A stretch of 63,292 bases of DNA, the filler included, from an uncultured Gemmatimonadota bacterium (GTDB taxonomy: Bacteria > Blakebacterota > Blakebacteria > Blakebacterales > Blakebacteraceae), in NCBI GenBank assembly GCA_964576115.1. It is 4 parts of 4 records of this genome, joined end to end, with 100 filler letters (N's around TTAATTAATTAA, not from the genome) between each part and the next. Parts side by side here need not be neighbours in the genome. Positions count along the whole stretch, not along the records: positions 16,214 to 32,156 come from CAZNUA010000066.1; positions 32,257 to 48,196 come from CAZNUA010000067.1; 2 more parts are not named here. The stretch is one strand, 5' to 3'. The notes under the pieces were generated by a model. The model was not told where the DNA came from, did no database searches, and saw only the letters and a program-made list of their open reading frames with translations. A program made the position numbers and the translations under genes. This document shows, piece by piece, positions 29,197 through 38,976 of this stretch (position 1 is the stretch's first letter; the number at the start of each line of letters is the position of its first letter).

Positions 29197-29245
29197 TGAG
29201 GACCGGTGCCGGGAAACCGTCGGGTCGCCCGGCACCGGATCCTCA
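29197..29245 (-). terminator. Hairpin downstream of prxU
   Basis: TGAGGA-CCGGTGCCGGG pairs with CCCGGCACCGG-A-TCCTCA, about 30 nt after the stop. Confidence 0.5.
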
Positions 29246-29274
29246 GATGGAAGGAACGGACTGACGGACAGACT

Positions 29275-30003
29275 TCAGTCGCCCGCCATATCGGTCGTCC
29301 AGACCTCCCACACCTTGCCGACCAGATCGGGGCCGGGCTTCAGGGTCATCTTCCCCGGCTTCCAGCCCGAGGGAGTGGCCTCGCCCCCCTTGCTCTCACG
29401 CACCAGCTGGAAGGCCTGGATCTGGCGCAGGGTCTCGGAAACGTTGCGCCCCACCGGCGGGGTCAGCACTTCGAAGCCCTGCACCACCCCGTCGGGATCG
29501 ATGATGAACCGTCCCCGGGTCTCGACCCCTGCCTCGGGATCGTAGACGCCGTAGACGCTGCCGACCTTGCCCCCGCCGTCCGACAGCATCGGGAAGGGAA
29601 CGCCCCCCTCGACCATCTTCGACAGTTCGTGATCGTTCCACATCTTGTGAACGAAGACACTGTCCACGCTCATCGAGAGAACCGTTGCACCGAGTTCGGT
29701 GAATGTGTTGTGATTGTCGGCGACCGCCGACACTTCGGTAGCTCAGACGAAGGTGAAATCACCCGGGTAAAAGCAGAGGACGATCCATGAGCCCAGGTGA
29801 TCTGATAGCTTGACGCTGGTGAACTCCCCCTTGTGATAGGCGGGAGCAACGAAATCAGGGGCTTTCTGCCCGACCCGGATCATGGAGCCACCACCCCCTT
29901 CCTTCTTCTCGGGTTTGACTGTGTCCTGCTCCGGAGTCTCGACTTCCTCGCCGACCGGACCTCCCGTCGGGCGGGCGCATCCGACTGCTTCTTCTTCAGC
30001 CAT
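29275..30003 (-). CDS. prxU: Selenocysteine-containing peroxiredoxin (PrxU type, AhpC/TSA family), 242 aa with UGA read as Sec
   Basis: ORFs 29743..30003 and 29275..29733 are in one frame joined by TGA (29743-29745): [14 protein letters not shown], exactly at the peroxidatic Cys position of 'DFTFVCPTE'. Confidence 0.92.
29715..29732 (-). promoter_or_regulatory. Bacterial SECIS-like hairpin
   Basis: mRNA UGUCGGC-GGUC-GCCGACA stem-loop starts 10 nt after the UGA and has G in the apical loop. Confidence 0.75.
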
Positions 30004-30071
30004 GGTCGACGTCCTTTACATGCAGGTGCATTGCTGGCCGGTCCGTCCGGCTGCTTTGTTGAGAAAGTATA

Positions 30072-32156
30072 TCATTTATTTCCCGGGGGCGGAAGCGCAT
30101 CCCCCGCCTCGATGAAGGTGATGCCCGCCGCCGCCAGAGCCCGGTTGACCTCGGGCACGCGGGTTTGCAGGAAGGCGTTGACGCGATCGAAAGCCTCGCC
30201 GATCTGCGGGCGGAGCGCCTGGAGCCGTTCCATGATCCCGGCCGGGGCCTGCAGAGTACCGGCGGCTTCGCTGTAGATCTCCATGATCCGATCCTCCAGG
30301 GTGCCGCTGTCCCCTCCCCGTCCGTACCGGCTGCGTCCCCCGAAGTACTCCCCGGTCAGTTCGGAAAGATCGCGGCGGAAACCGGCCAGGGCCTCGGTTG
30401 CGGCCGGGGGCACCTCGGTGGCGGTGTCGAGAAACTCCCGGATGACCCGCACCCGTTCCTGCAGCACCTGCAGCCGCTCGCGGGCTGGGGAGAGATCGGC
30501 CAGCATCCGCATCGCTTCCAGTTGAACGTCGCGCAGCACGACCAGGTCGGGCAGGTTCCACCGGCCCTCGAGCCGGGGATCCATGCGGATCTGGACCGCG
30601 CCCTGTTCGACCTGGCTGGAGCCGCTCTGCGGCCCCGCGTTCAGATCCTCGATCACGAGATGCACGGTGTAGGTGCCGGGCACGGCGGCCGGACCGCCCC
30701 GGCCGAAACCGCCGGTCCCGGTCTCCGCCTCCTCCAGGGTGTGGCTCATACCCCAGGTCACCCGGTTCAGGCCCCGCTTACCGGTCCCCTCGAAGTTGGT
30801 CACGAACGCTCCGTCGGCATCCCTGACGGTGATGTCGAGACGCTCGTCCTCACCCAGCTCGCCGGGCAGCCAGTAGGAGATCACCACCCCGTCGGGCGGG
30901 TTGGGGGCTCGGAACAGAAAGTCCCCCTGGTCCTGCAGGTGGCTGGCCCGGTCGAACCGCCAGGCTGTTCGCATCGGGAAGAGACGCATGTAGGATCCGG
31001 CGAGGAGTTCGGCGGACATCCCCTCGAGCGGTCCGATATCGTCCATGATCCAGGCGCCGCGAGCGTGGGTGCCGACAATCAGGTCGTTGCGGATGGGGTG
31101 AACGTAGATGTCGTCGACCGGCACCCGGGGCAGATCGCCCTCGAAGAGGTTCCAGGTCGTGCCCCGGTCGCACGACCAGTACGCGCCCCGCTCGGTGCCC
31201 AGGAAGAGCAGCTCGGGATTGCGGTGATGCTCGCGGATGACGTTGGCGTTGCTCCCTTGCGGGATCCCCGCCGCGAGCGGTCGCCAGCGACGCCCGAAGT
31301 CCTCGGTGACGAAGACATAGGGAGTGAAGTCGTCGTTGCGGTGACCGTCGAAGGTCACATAGGCCCGACCGGCTTCGTGGCGGCTGGCCTCTATACGGGT
31401 GACATAGGTGCGCTCGGGCACCCCGGGCACCCGCTCGATCACGTTGGTCCAGGTCCGGCCGGCGTCGCGCGAGAGCTGCAGGTTACCGTCGTCGGTCCCG
31501 ATCCAGAGAATCCCGGCTGTGTGGGGCGATTCGCTGATGGTGGTGATGGTTCCGTAGCGCGAGATGCCGTCGTTGCGCGACAGGGTGATCTCACGGTTCA
31601 CGACCCCCATGATCTCCAACTCGTCGCGATCGATCTGCCGGGTCAGGTCATCGGTCCGCTCCCAGGTGTCGCCACGATCATCGCTGATGAAGAGCCGGTT
31701 GCCGCCGTAGTAGATACGGGCCGGATTGTGGGGGCTGATCTCGAGGGGACTGTTCCAGTTGAAGCGGTAGCGCTCATCATCCCCCTCCGGGGGCTGAGGC
31801 CGAATCCCGGTACGCGACAGAGTGGTCATGTCCACCCGCCCCAGGTTCCCGCTCTGCGACTCGGCGTAGACGACGGTCGGATCGCCCGGTTCAGGCACGC
31901 AGTAGAAGCCGTCCCCGCCGTAGATGGTCATCCAGTCACGGTTGGTGAGACCGATGCGGAAATAGTTCCCGCTGGCCCCGACCCAGGTGCCGTTGTCCTG
32001 CAACCCTCCGTAAACCTTGTAGAACGGTTCCTGTTCGTCGGCGCTGATCTCGTAGTACTGGGCCAGAGGGATCGTCTGCATGTCCACCCAGGTCCGGCCG
32101 CCGTCCCGGGTCCAGTCGAGGCCGCCGTCGTTGCCGATGATGATGTGCCGGGAGTC
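30072..32156 (-). CDS. Second VPS10/BNR-repeat protein, 5'-truncated by contig end
   Basis: 'GGLQDNGTW', 'GGDGF', 'RFNWNSP', 'GTDDG' and BNR boxes. Confidence 0.85.
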   Translation of the reverse strand, partial: DSRHIIIGNDGGLDWTRDGGRTWVDMQTIPLAQYYEISADEQEPFYKVYGGLQDNGTWVGASGNYFRIGLTNRDWMTIYGGDGFYCVPEPGDPTVVYAESQSGNLGRVDMTTLSRTGIRPQPPEGDDERYRFNWNSPLEISPHNPARIYYGGNRLFISDDRGDTWERTDDLTRQIDRDELEIMGVVNREITLSRNDGISRYGTITTISESPHTAGILWIGTDDGNLQLSRDAGRTWTNVIERVPGVPERTYVTRIEASRHEAGRAYVTFDGHRNDDFTPYVFVTEDFGRRWRPLAAGIPQGSNANVIREHHRNPELLFLGTERGAYWSCDRGTTWNLFEGDLPRVPVDDIYVHPIRNDLIVGTHARGAWIMDDIGPLEGMSAELLAGSYMRLFPMRTAWRFDRASHLQDQGDFLFRAPNPPDGVVISYWLPGELGEDERLDITVRDADGAFVTNFEGTGKRGLNRVTWGMSHTLEEAETGTGGFGRGGPAAVPGTYTVHLVIEDLNAGPQSGSSQVEQGAVQIRMDPRLEGRWNLPDLVVLRDVQLEAMRMLADLSPARERLQVLQERVRVIREFLDTATEVPPAATEALAGFRRDLSELTGEYFGGRSRYGRGGDSGTLEDRIMEIYSEAAGTLQAPAGIMERLQALRPQIGEAFDRVNAFLQTRVPEVNRALAAAGITFIEAGDALPPPGNK

Positions 32157-32256
32157 NNNNNNNNNNNNNNNNNNNNNNNNNNNNNNNNNNNNNNNNNNNN
32201 TTAATTAATTAANNNNNNNNNNNNNNNNNNNNNNNNNNNNNNNNNNNNNNNNNNNN
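32157..32256. other. Artificial contig linker
   Basis: N44-TTAATTAATTAA-N44. Confidence 0.97.
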
Positions 32257-32600
32257 GAGGCGGCCTGATGGAGAACATCGCGTGAGAAGTCTTTTGCGAC
32301 CTTATCGATGTCGGTCCCGGCGAAATACTCCTCGAGCACGAGCACTCCGTGGCGGGCGATGAGAACGCTGTGCACGGCGCTGAAGTCTCCTGACAGAACA
32401 CCCGCAATCAAGGTGTCGATCGGAGCCCGGTCGATAGCAGCATCCCGGAGGGTGCCGACCGGCCATTCACCGGCGATCCGGGCGGGTACCTGATACGTCC
32501 AGAGATCGTCGGATTGGTCCGTTGCCTGGGCAGGCTGGCAACCGGCCAGGAGTACGATGAGCAGGACGAGCAGAAACGGGATCGCTTTCGGCATTCTCAT
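32257..32600 (-). CDS. Serine hydrolase (beta-lactamase class C-like) lipoprotein, 3'-truncated
   Basis: Lipobox 'LAGC'; 'VHSVLIARHGVLVLEEYF'. Confidence 0.7.
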
Positions 32601-33739
32601 CGGTTGTTTCTCCAGACGTAGAGGGTTCCCGTGTTGCTCCTTCCAGGGTCGTGGCCCAGAAGAATGTCGAGGTCACCGTCCCCGTCGATATCTCCCAACA
32701 CGACCGCTGCGCCCTGGCTCCCTGCAAAGGGAAATGAACCGATTGCGAAATGCGCATATCCATCGTTGAACCAGATCGCATCGGGAACATTTCCCCCGGC
32801 AATGACCAGATCGCAGTCTCCATCGTCATCCATGTCACCGCATTCAACGCCGTAGCTCCATCCTTCGTTCAGGAGCTGGTTGGTGGGAGTGAATGAGGCG
32901 GTACCGTCATTGAGCCAGACAGTGTCGGAGCCGTCGTGGTAACCAAGAAAGATGTCCCGGTCGCCATCGTGGTCGAAATCTTCGATTCCGATCGCAAGAG
33001 TTGAGGTCGTCTCTCCCAGGGCTTGATCATGGAGCGTGAAATGACCGCTGCCGTCATTCAGGTAAACACGGTTCGGTTTCCCGGGTGGATTGCCGAGAAC
33101 ACTGTCCAGGTCGCCATCACCATCGAGGTCGCCGAGGCTGATATGGAGAGCGCTGTCGTCACCCAGGTTCTGACTGCTCCCTATAAAACTACCGTCGCTA
33201 TTGTTGAACCAGATCCGCTCGGTGTCATCCGAATGGCCGAGAAAGAGATCGTTGTCGCCGTCGCCATCCAGATCGCCGGTCGCAAATGCGATTGAGTGCA
33301 GTTCATTGGTGGCGAGGGCCGGGAGTAGTTCAAAGTTTCCCGTTCCATCGTTTCGCCACAGCCTGATATCGCCGGTGAAAGTGGCGAAGATGAGATCGAT
33401 CACACCATCACCTGTCATCTCAACTGCAGCAACCGACCAACATTCCCCGAATGCATGGGATTCATCGGGTGGGGAAAACTCACCGGAACCGTTATTCCAG
33501 AGGAGAAAGGAGTCACCTTGACGGCAGGCGACGATTGCATCGAGATCCCCGTCGCCATCCAGATCCCCCAGAGCCAGATCCCGGGGGGCCCAGTTCCCCG
33601 AGAACGACTGGTTTAGGGTGAACTCCGATGGAACAGAGGTCGTCGGAACGGTACACGAGAACAGGATCAGCACTGCGAGCGTTGTCACCATCGGCCATGC
33701 TCCGAGGATTCGGGTTTTCAAGTTCAAGAGATCGCTCAT
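32597..33739 (-). CDS. FG-GAP/VCBS-repeat lipoprotein
   Basis: About seven 'GDLDGDGDLD' Ca-binding blades; lipobox-like 'LFSC'. Confidence 0.88.
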   Translation of the reverse strand: MSDLLNLKTRILGAWPMVTTLAVLILFSCTVPTTSVPSEFTLNQSFSGNWAPRDLALGDLDGDGDLDAIVACRQGDSFLLWNNGSGEFSPPDESHAFGECWSVAAVEMTGDGVIDLIFATFTGDIRLWRNDGTGNFELLPALATNELHSIAFATGDLDGDGDNDLFLGHSDDTERIWFNNSDGSFIGSSQNLGDDSALHISLGDLDGDGDLDSVLGNPPGKPNRVYLNDGSGHFTLHDQALGETTSTLAIGIEDFDHDGDRDIFLGYHDGSDTVWLNDGTASFTPTNQLLNEGWSYGVECGDMDDDGDCDLVIAGGNVPDAIWFNDGYAHFAIGSFPFAGSQGAAVVLGDIDGDGDLDILLGHDPGRSNTGTLYVWRNNR

Positions 33740-33791
33740 TGAAAGACACGCCAGGCCTGGCGGGTATCCTGATGCAGATCGGCGAGCAGCA

Positions 33792-34088
33792 TTAACCCTC
33801 CCCGGTCGTATTCAGCCAGACTTTGCTGGTGCCGAAACCGCTGTTCGCGACGACGAGATCGAGGTCGCCGTCACCGTCGGCGTCACCCAGGCTGACGTTC
33901 CAACTGATGGCTGTACCCAGATCCTGTCCGCTATCGATAAAGGACACAGCGGTGTGACTGGTATGGGGACCGTTGGATGCTCCGCCGGAACAACCGATGA
34001 TGGGTATGCACCCGAGCAGCAGGGTTGCCATCGGCACCAGCACGTTGACAGAGACCGATCGGGCTGATGCGACAGGAATGATGCTCAC
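33792..34088 (-). CDS. Small exported protein with a single FG-GAP repeat (possibly a deletion remnant)
   Basis: GTG start overlaps the upstream stop (GTGA); 'FIDSGQDLG...LGDADGDGDLDLVVAN...VWLN'. Confidence 0.55.
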   Translation of the reverse strand: MSIIPVASARSVSVNVLVPMATLLLGCIPIIGCSGGASNGPHTSHTAVSFIDSGQDLGTAISWNVSLGDADGDGDLDLVVANSGFGTSKVWLNTTGEG

Positions 34089-35457
34089 AGCGGATTCCCT
34101 TCCCCGTCGGTCAGCAGCAGGGCGACGTCCTTTCCTCCGGCGCTGCCGTTTGTGGTCGAACCGACGATGACTATTCCGCCATTGTCCCTGAGAGCCAGCG
34201 AGAAGACCTCGCTGGGGCTGGAATACTGGCGGGCCCAGAGGGTCTCGCCTTCTTCGTCGATCCTGGCCAGACCGCCCGGGCCCACTACCAGGTATCCGCC
34301 CGGTACCGGTTCGATCGAGAAGGCCACGAACGGGGGTGCCAGCCGCTGCCACCAGAGCTGGTTCCCGGAGGCATCGCATTTCACACAGTAGGCCCCCTGA
34401 CGATTGTCGGAATTCGAGAAGCCGCCCACGATGAAACCGTCATCGGGAGTCAAGGCCAGGCCGTACCCTTCCTCGGCGCCTGCCCCGCCGTACTCACGAT
34501 GCCAGAGTTCCGTTCCTTCCGCATCCGTTCTGACGAGGATGCCCTGCCAGATCTCGTAGTCCTCACCGCCGGTCCAGAGTCCTTCGCCGAAGATCGCGAA
34601 ACCGCCGCCGGGCGCAACCCGGACGGAATTAGCGCCGTTCTGGCCGGTGTTTTCCCCGTAGGTGCGGTGCCAGAGCTCTTCACCTGCGGCATCGGTGCGC
34701 AGCAGAATGTAATCGGAGAGTTCACCGGGTTCGTTCGACCAGCCTGAGAGCACATAACCATCCTCGCCCACCCGCTGCACATAACCCCGTCCCTGGCGGC
34801 CGGGTATCGCGTAGGTGTGATGCCAGAGCGTTTCGCCGCGGGCGTCGACCCGGATGAAGATCAGGTCACCAGTTGCCGATTCGTAGGTCCCGGTGTGTCC
34901 GGCGATCAGGATCCCGCCGGCGCCGTCGGAGACGGCATTCCAGGCGTGGTCATCGGTAGCGGTGCCGAAGGTTCTGTCCCACTCTGCAGTGAACCCGGAA
35001 TCGGTCTTGATCAGCCAGATATCCTCGCCCCCGGCCCCGTNNNNNNNNNNNNNNNNNNNNNNNNNNNNNNNNNNNNNNNNNNNNNNNNNNNNNNNNNNNN
35101 NNNNNNNNNNNNNNNNNNNNNNNNNNNNNNNNNNNNNNNNGCAGTGAACCCGGAATCGGTCTTGATCAGCCAGATATCCTCGCCCCCGGCCCCGTAGGAA
35201 TGAGTGTTGGCGACCACATACCAGCCGCCGTCTCCGGCCGCTACCACGGCCACGCCGTCATCGTTCTCCGGACCGCCGAAGAGGATCGGCCCGGTTGCGG
35301 CAGCCTGAGACGGTTGAGTGCCGCCGGTACCGTTCTGGCTGCAGGCCGTGACAGGGAAGAGAGCGCCGAGGGAAATGAGGAGGACGAGATACCTCATCGC
35401 CCGCCACAGATTGTGTACAAAGGCATTGCTTGTCTGACTGTGCGGGGTATCACTCAT
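34085..35457 (-). CDS. Beta-propeller repeat lipoprotein (one gene of about 405 aa across a false gap)
   Basis: Repeats 'WLIKTD..G...W.RT.G'. Bases 34986-35040 are duplicated at 35141-35195; removing the Ns and the duplicate gives a 1218-nt open frame. Confidence 0.8.
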
Positions 35458-35705
35458 CGATCCGACTCCGGGTCAATGGTGGGATCGGCATGCCGGGGAT
35501 CGATCCCGCGGTGATTGATGCGAGGGGGCGGGATCCGGCTGGCCTTTAATTGGGTTTCACTGAAACCCCTCTTTATACTACGTCATCAATTTCGGATTTG
35601 TTTTTTCCTTTCGCCTCCCGTACCCCGGCAGATTGCGGTGACCCCGGGGTTCAAATGTTTCGTATGTTGTAGTACGATAGGTACTGACACCATGTATGCA
35701 GGGAG

Positions 35706-36044
35706 ATGACCGTGTTTCAAACGACCCTCAAGAAAGGCAGTATGGAACTGGTCCTGCTCCATCTGGTGAGCGACCAGGACCGCCACGGGTACGATATCGG
35801 CAAGCTCATCGAGATGCGGACCGGCGGGAAACTCACCTACCATCTCTCCTCGATCTATCCCGTTCTGCGCCGGATGGAGAAACGGGGCTGGATCAAGGGA
35901 CGCTGGGTCGAGAAAGCCGGCGAGCGCCGTCGTCGTTTCTACACCCTGACCGCCAAGGGGCGCAAAACCCTGGCCTCACAGCAGGAACAGTGGCAGGAAT
36001 TCGCCAACGCCATGGATGCGGTCCTGGACCTGAGTCGCGGTTGA
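35706..36044 (+). CDS. PadR-family regulator
   Basis: 'KKGSMELVLL', 'HGYDI', 'YPVLRRMEKRGWI' and 'RRRFYTLT.KG'. Confidence 0.92.
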   Translation: MTVFQTTLKKGSMELVLLHLVSDQDRHGYDIGKLIEMRTGGKLTYHLSSIYPVLRRMEKRGWIKGRWVEKAGERRRRFYTLTAKGRKTLASQQEQWQEFANAMDAVLDLSRG

Positions 36045-36123
36045 CCGGGTATCCCGTCGTCGGAATCGGGGAGCCGATCCGCGACCGGCCGGAAACGATC
36101 TGCATCTGATCGTCATCTGAACC

Positions 36124-38868
36124 ATGGGTAACTGGGAAGAATACGTTCGCGCTCATCTCTACCTGCCTTCCGGCCGGCGCCGGTTCGAGGACGAGATCGT
36201 GGCCGATCTGTGCGACCAGCTCGAAGAGGCGTATCAACGAGCCCTGAACAGGGGTGCTGACGAGGAAGAAGCCCGAAACGAAGCCCATGCCTATGTCGGT
36301 GACTGGGATGAGCTGAGCGAACGGGTGACGGCGGGGGAAAGCCCCGGTCTCGGCCCGATCCTGGAGGAAGGTTTCGACAGGACCGAACAGTACCTGCGTT
36401 CCCGCGGGCGGCTGGGCGGGCTCTGTGCCGACTTCGGGTGGGATATCCGCTTCGCCCTGCGCACCTTCCGTCGCACCCCGGCGCTCATAGCCCTGATCGT
36501 CCTGACGCTCGGACTCGGGATCGGTGCCAACTCGGCCATCTTCAGCCTGCTCAATGCCGTTCTGCTGCAGCCTCTTCCCTGGGAGAAACCGCACGAACTG
36601 GTTGAAGTGAACCACAGCTATCTGATGCGGAGGGACACCTCCCCGGTTTCGGTTCCCACCTGGCATGATATCGTCACCACGACCCTGAGCTTCCGGCAGG
36701 CGGCGATCTGTGACCGGTGGATCACTCCCGTGATTGGAAATGATGGACCGGTGCTGGGGGTGGGGGCGCAGATATCCCGCGATTTCTTCGAAATCCTCGG
36801 AGCATCGCCACTGATGGGAAGGACCTTCCGGTCCGAGGATCACGAACCGGAGGCGGCCGGAACCATCATCCTGGGTCATGGTTTCTGGATCAGGCAGATG
36901 GGTGGTGATCCCGCTGTCCTGGGACAGACTCTCACGATTGAAGGCGACTCTTACACTGTCGTGGGGATCATGCCGGCCGACTTCAGCGACTGCTTCGAAC
37001 CGCAACGGGAATTCTGGGTGCCGCTCAGGCTCGGGGCCGGGGACTTCGCACCTGAACGCAGGATCTGGGGACGCTACCGTCTCGTCGCCCGACTCAATCC
37101 GGGGGTGACACCGGAGATCGCAGCCAGGGAGATGCGAGAGCTGGCGCTGACCGTCAGGGAGGAGTGGCCAGGTTTCTTCCCGGAGGAATGGACCCTGGAG
37201 GTCACCACTCTCACCGATCGGTTACGGGGACCCTATCGCTCGGCCCTGCTGATCCTGGGTGCGGCCGGTGTCTTTGTGCTGCTGCTCATCTGCACCAACC
37301 TGGCCGGACTCCTTCTGGCCCGTGCCCTGGAACGGCGTCGCGAGGTTGCCATCAGGCAGGCCCTGGGGGCAGGTCGCCCACGGCTCGTGCGACAGTTCGT
37401 GACCGAGGGCGTGGTTCTCTCCCTGCTCGGCGGGACAGCCGGTATCGCGGTCGCTTTCGGTTGTTTCGACGTGATCAGGCGGGTCGCACCGGTGGTGTTG
37501 GTCAGCGTCATGACCACCATTGGATTCGAGATCTTCACGGTGGCGATGATCCTCTCCCTGCTGGTCGGAGTAGTCTTCGGACTGACACCGGTCCTGCACG
37601 TGTGGAGTGAGAGGCTCACCCGGATCCTGAACGAAGGGGGTCTCGCCTCAGTGTCAGATCGCCGTCGGGCCCGTTATCGCAATGTCCTGATCTCGCTCGA
37701 ATTCGCCATCACTCTCATCCTGCTGGTCGGGTCGGGGCTGATGATCCAGTCGCTCGGTCAGCTCCGGCGGGTCGATCCCGGATTCGAGACCTCCGATCTG
37801 CTGGCCGTCCACCTGAGACTGCCCCCCGCGGCCTATCCCGATGCCCCCTCCCAGAGTGCTTTCTTCGATGAGCTCCTGCCCGCCGTGGCCTCACTGCCCG
37901 GTGTCGAGGCCGTCGCCACGACCTCGATCGTCCCCTTCAGCGGCCAGATGTTCTCGACTCTGTTCCGCTGCGAAGGGACCGCTCCGGCGGAATCAGGCCG
38001 GCAGGATTTCGATGTGCTGCCCGTTGGTGAGTTGCGACTCGCCAGTCCCGATCTGCCCCGGGCCATGAACTTTCCCGTCCTGACCGGACGATTCTTCGAA
38101 GTCTCTGATGATCCGTATTCGCTGCCGGTGACAGTCGTGGATAATGTGCTGGCCGAACGGTGCTGGCCCGGTGAGGATCCCATCGGGAAGAGGATAACGC
38201 TCTCCAATCCGGCCGATCCCGAGATGGTCTGGTTCACGGTCATCGGCGTGGTTTCGAATCTGAAAGACTTTGCCCTTGATTCCGAGCTGCGGGGACAGTT
38301 CTATCTGCCGGTCCGGCAGGTGCCCTGGACCGATGTCGCCCTGCTGATCCGGACGCAGGTCGAGCCGGTGATCCTGGCGCCGGTTCTGCAGGCTGCTCTG
38401 GTGGAGGTCGATCCCCGTCTGCCGATGTCGAACCTCGTGGAACTCGATCAGCTGGTGGCCCGATCGATCGGCAATCAACGCCTTCTCATGATGCTCCTGA
38501 CCCTCTTCGGGGGGTTTGCACTTTTCCTGGCCGGCCTGGGAGTCTCCGGCGTCGTGACTTGCCTGATCCGGGCCCGTTCGCGCGAAATGGGTGTCCGGCA
38601 GGCTCTCGGAGCGAGTCGGAGCGACCTGCTCAGACTGCTCGCGAAGGAGGGACTGCTGCTCGTTCTGATCGGCCTCGGCATCGGATTGCTGGGAACCGTG
38701 CTCATGGTGCGGTTCCTGCGGGAGCATCTCTACGACATCTCTCCCTTCGATCCGCTCACTTTCCTCGTGGTCGGCTTCGTGATCCTGGGGGTCGCCGTGT
38801 TCGCAATCGGTCTTCCCGGACGACAGGTGATCCGAACCGATCCCGCCGCCAACCTGCGGGTGGAATGA
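36124..38868 (+). CDS. ADOP-type ABC permease with N-terminal helical prefix domain
   Basis: Prefix 'EDEIVADLCDQLEEAYQ.....G.DEEEA' followed by a duplicated MacB-PCD/FtsX architecture. Confidence 0.9.
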   Translation: MGNWEEYVRAHLYLPSGRRRFEDEIVADLCDQLEEAYQRALNRGADEEEARNEAHAYVGDWDELSERVTAGESPGLGPILEEGFDRTEQYLRSRGRLGGLCADFGWDIRFALRTFRRTPALIALIVLTLGLGIGANSAIFSLLNAVLLQPLPWEKPHELVEVNHSYLMRRDTSPVSVPTWHDIVTTTLSFRQAAICDRWITPVIGNDGPVLGVGAQISRDFFEILGASPLMGRTFRSEDHEPEAAGTIILGHGFWIRQMGGDPAVLGQTLTIEGDSYTVVGIMPADFSDCFEPQREFWVPLRLGAGDFAPERRIWGRYRLVARLNPGVTPEIAAREMRELALTVREEWPGFFPEEWTLEVTTLTDRLRGPYRSALLILGAAGVFVLLLICTNLAGLLLARALERRREVAIRQALGAGRPRLVRQFVTEGVVLSLLGGTAGIAVAFGCFDVIRRVAPVVLVSVMTTIGFEIFTVAMILSLLVGVVFGLTPVLHVWSERLTRILNEGGLASVSDRRRARYRNVLISLEFAITLILLVGSGLMIQSLGQLRRVDPGFETSDLLAVHLRLPPAAYPDAPSQSAFFDELLPAVASLPGVEAVATTSIVPFSGQMFSTLFRCEGTAPAESGRQDFDVLPVGELRLASPDLPRAMNFPVLTGRFFEVSDDPYSLPVTVVDNVLAERCWPGEDPIGKRITLSNPADPEMVWFTVIGVVSNLKDFALDSELRGQFYLPVRQVPWTDVALLIRTQVEPVILAPVLQAALVEVDPRLPMSNLVELDQLVARSIGNQRLLMMLLTLFGGFALFLAGLGVSGVVTCLIRARSREMGVRQALGASRSDLLRLLAKEGLLLVLIGLGIGLLGTVLMVRFLREHLYDISPFDPLTFLVVGFVILGVAVFAIGLPGRQVIRTDPAANLRVE

Positions 38869-38976
38869 GCGGTGACCGGATGACATCTACAGATCGCAAC
38901 CGGATGAGGAGCGCCCGCGTACCGTACGTGAGACAAACTGATATCAATATGACCTGATATCCCAAAAGGACTGCCG

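Noticed and set aside
29743..29745. Nonsense mutation making the peroxiredoxin a pseudogene
   Set aside because: The TGA is exactly at the catalytic Cys position, has a SECIS-like hairpin and both halves are intact; Sec recoding fits better.
32257..32600. Serine hydrolases (also 50524-51843) as antibiotic-resistance beta-lactamases
   Set aside because: The motifs support only the broad penicillin-binding serine hydrolase superfamily; resistance cannot be inferred.
35562..35584. GAAAC-N14-CGT near the first PadR (also at 48069)
   Set aside because: The spacer is shorter than the 16-17 nt of the other instances, so these were not counted in the ECF motif set.
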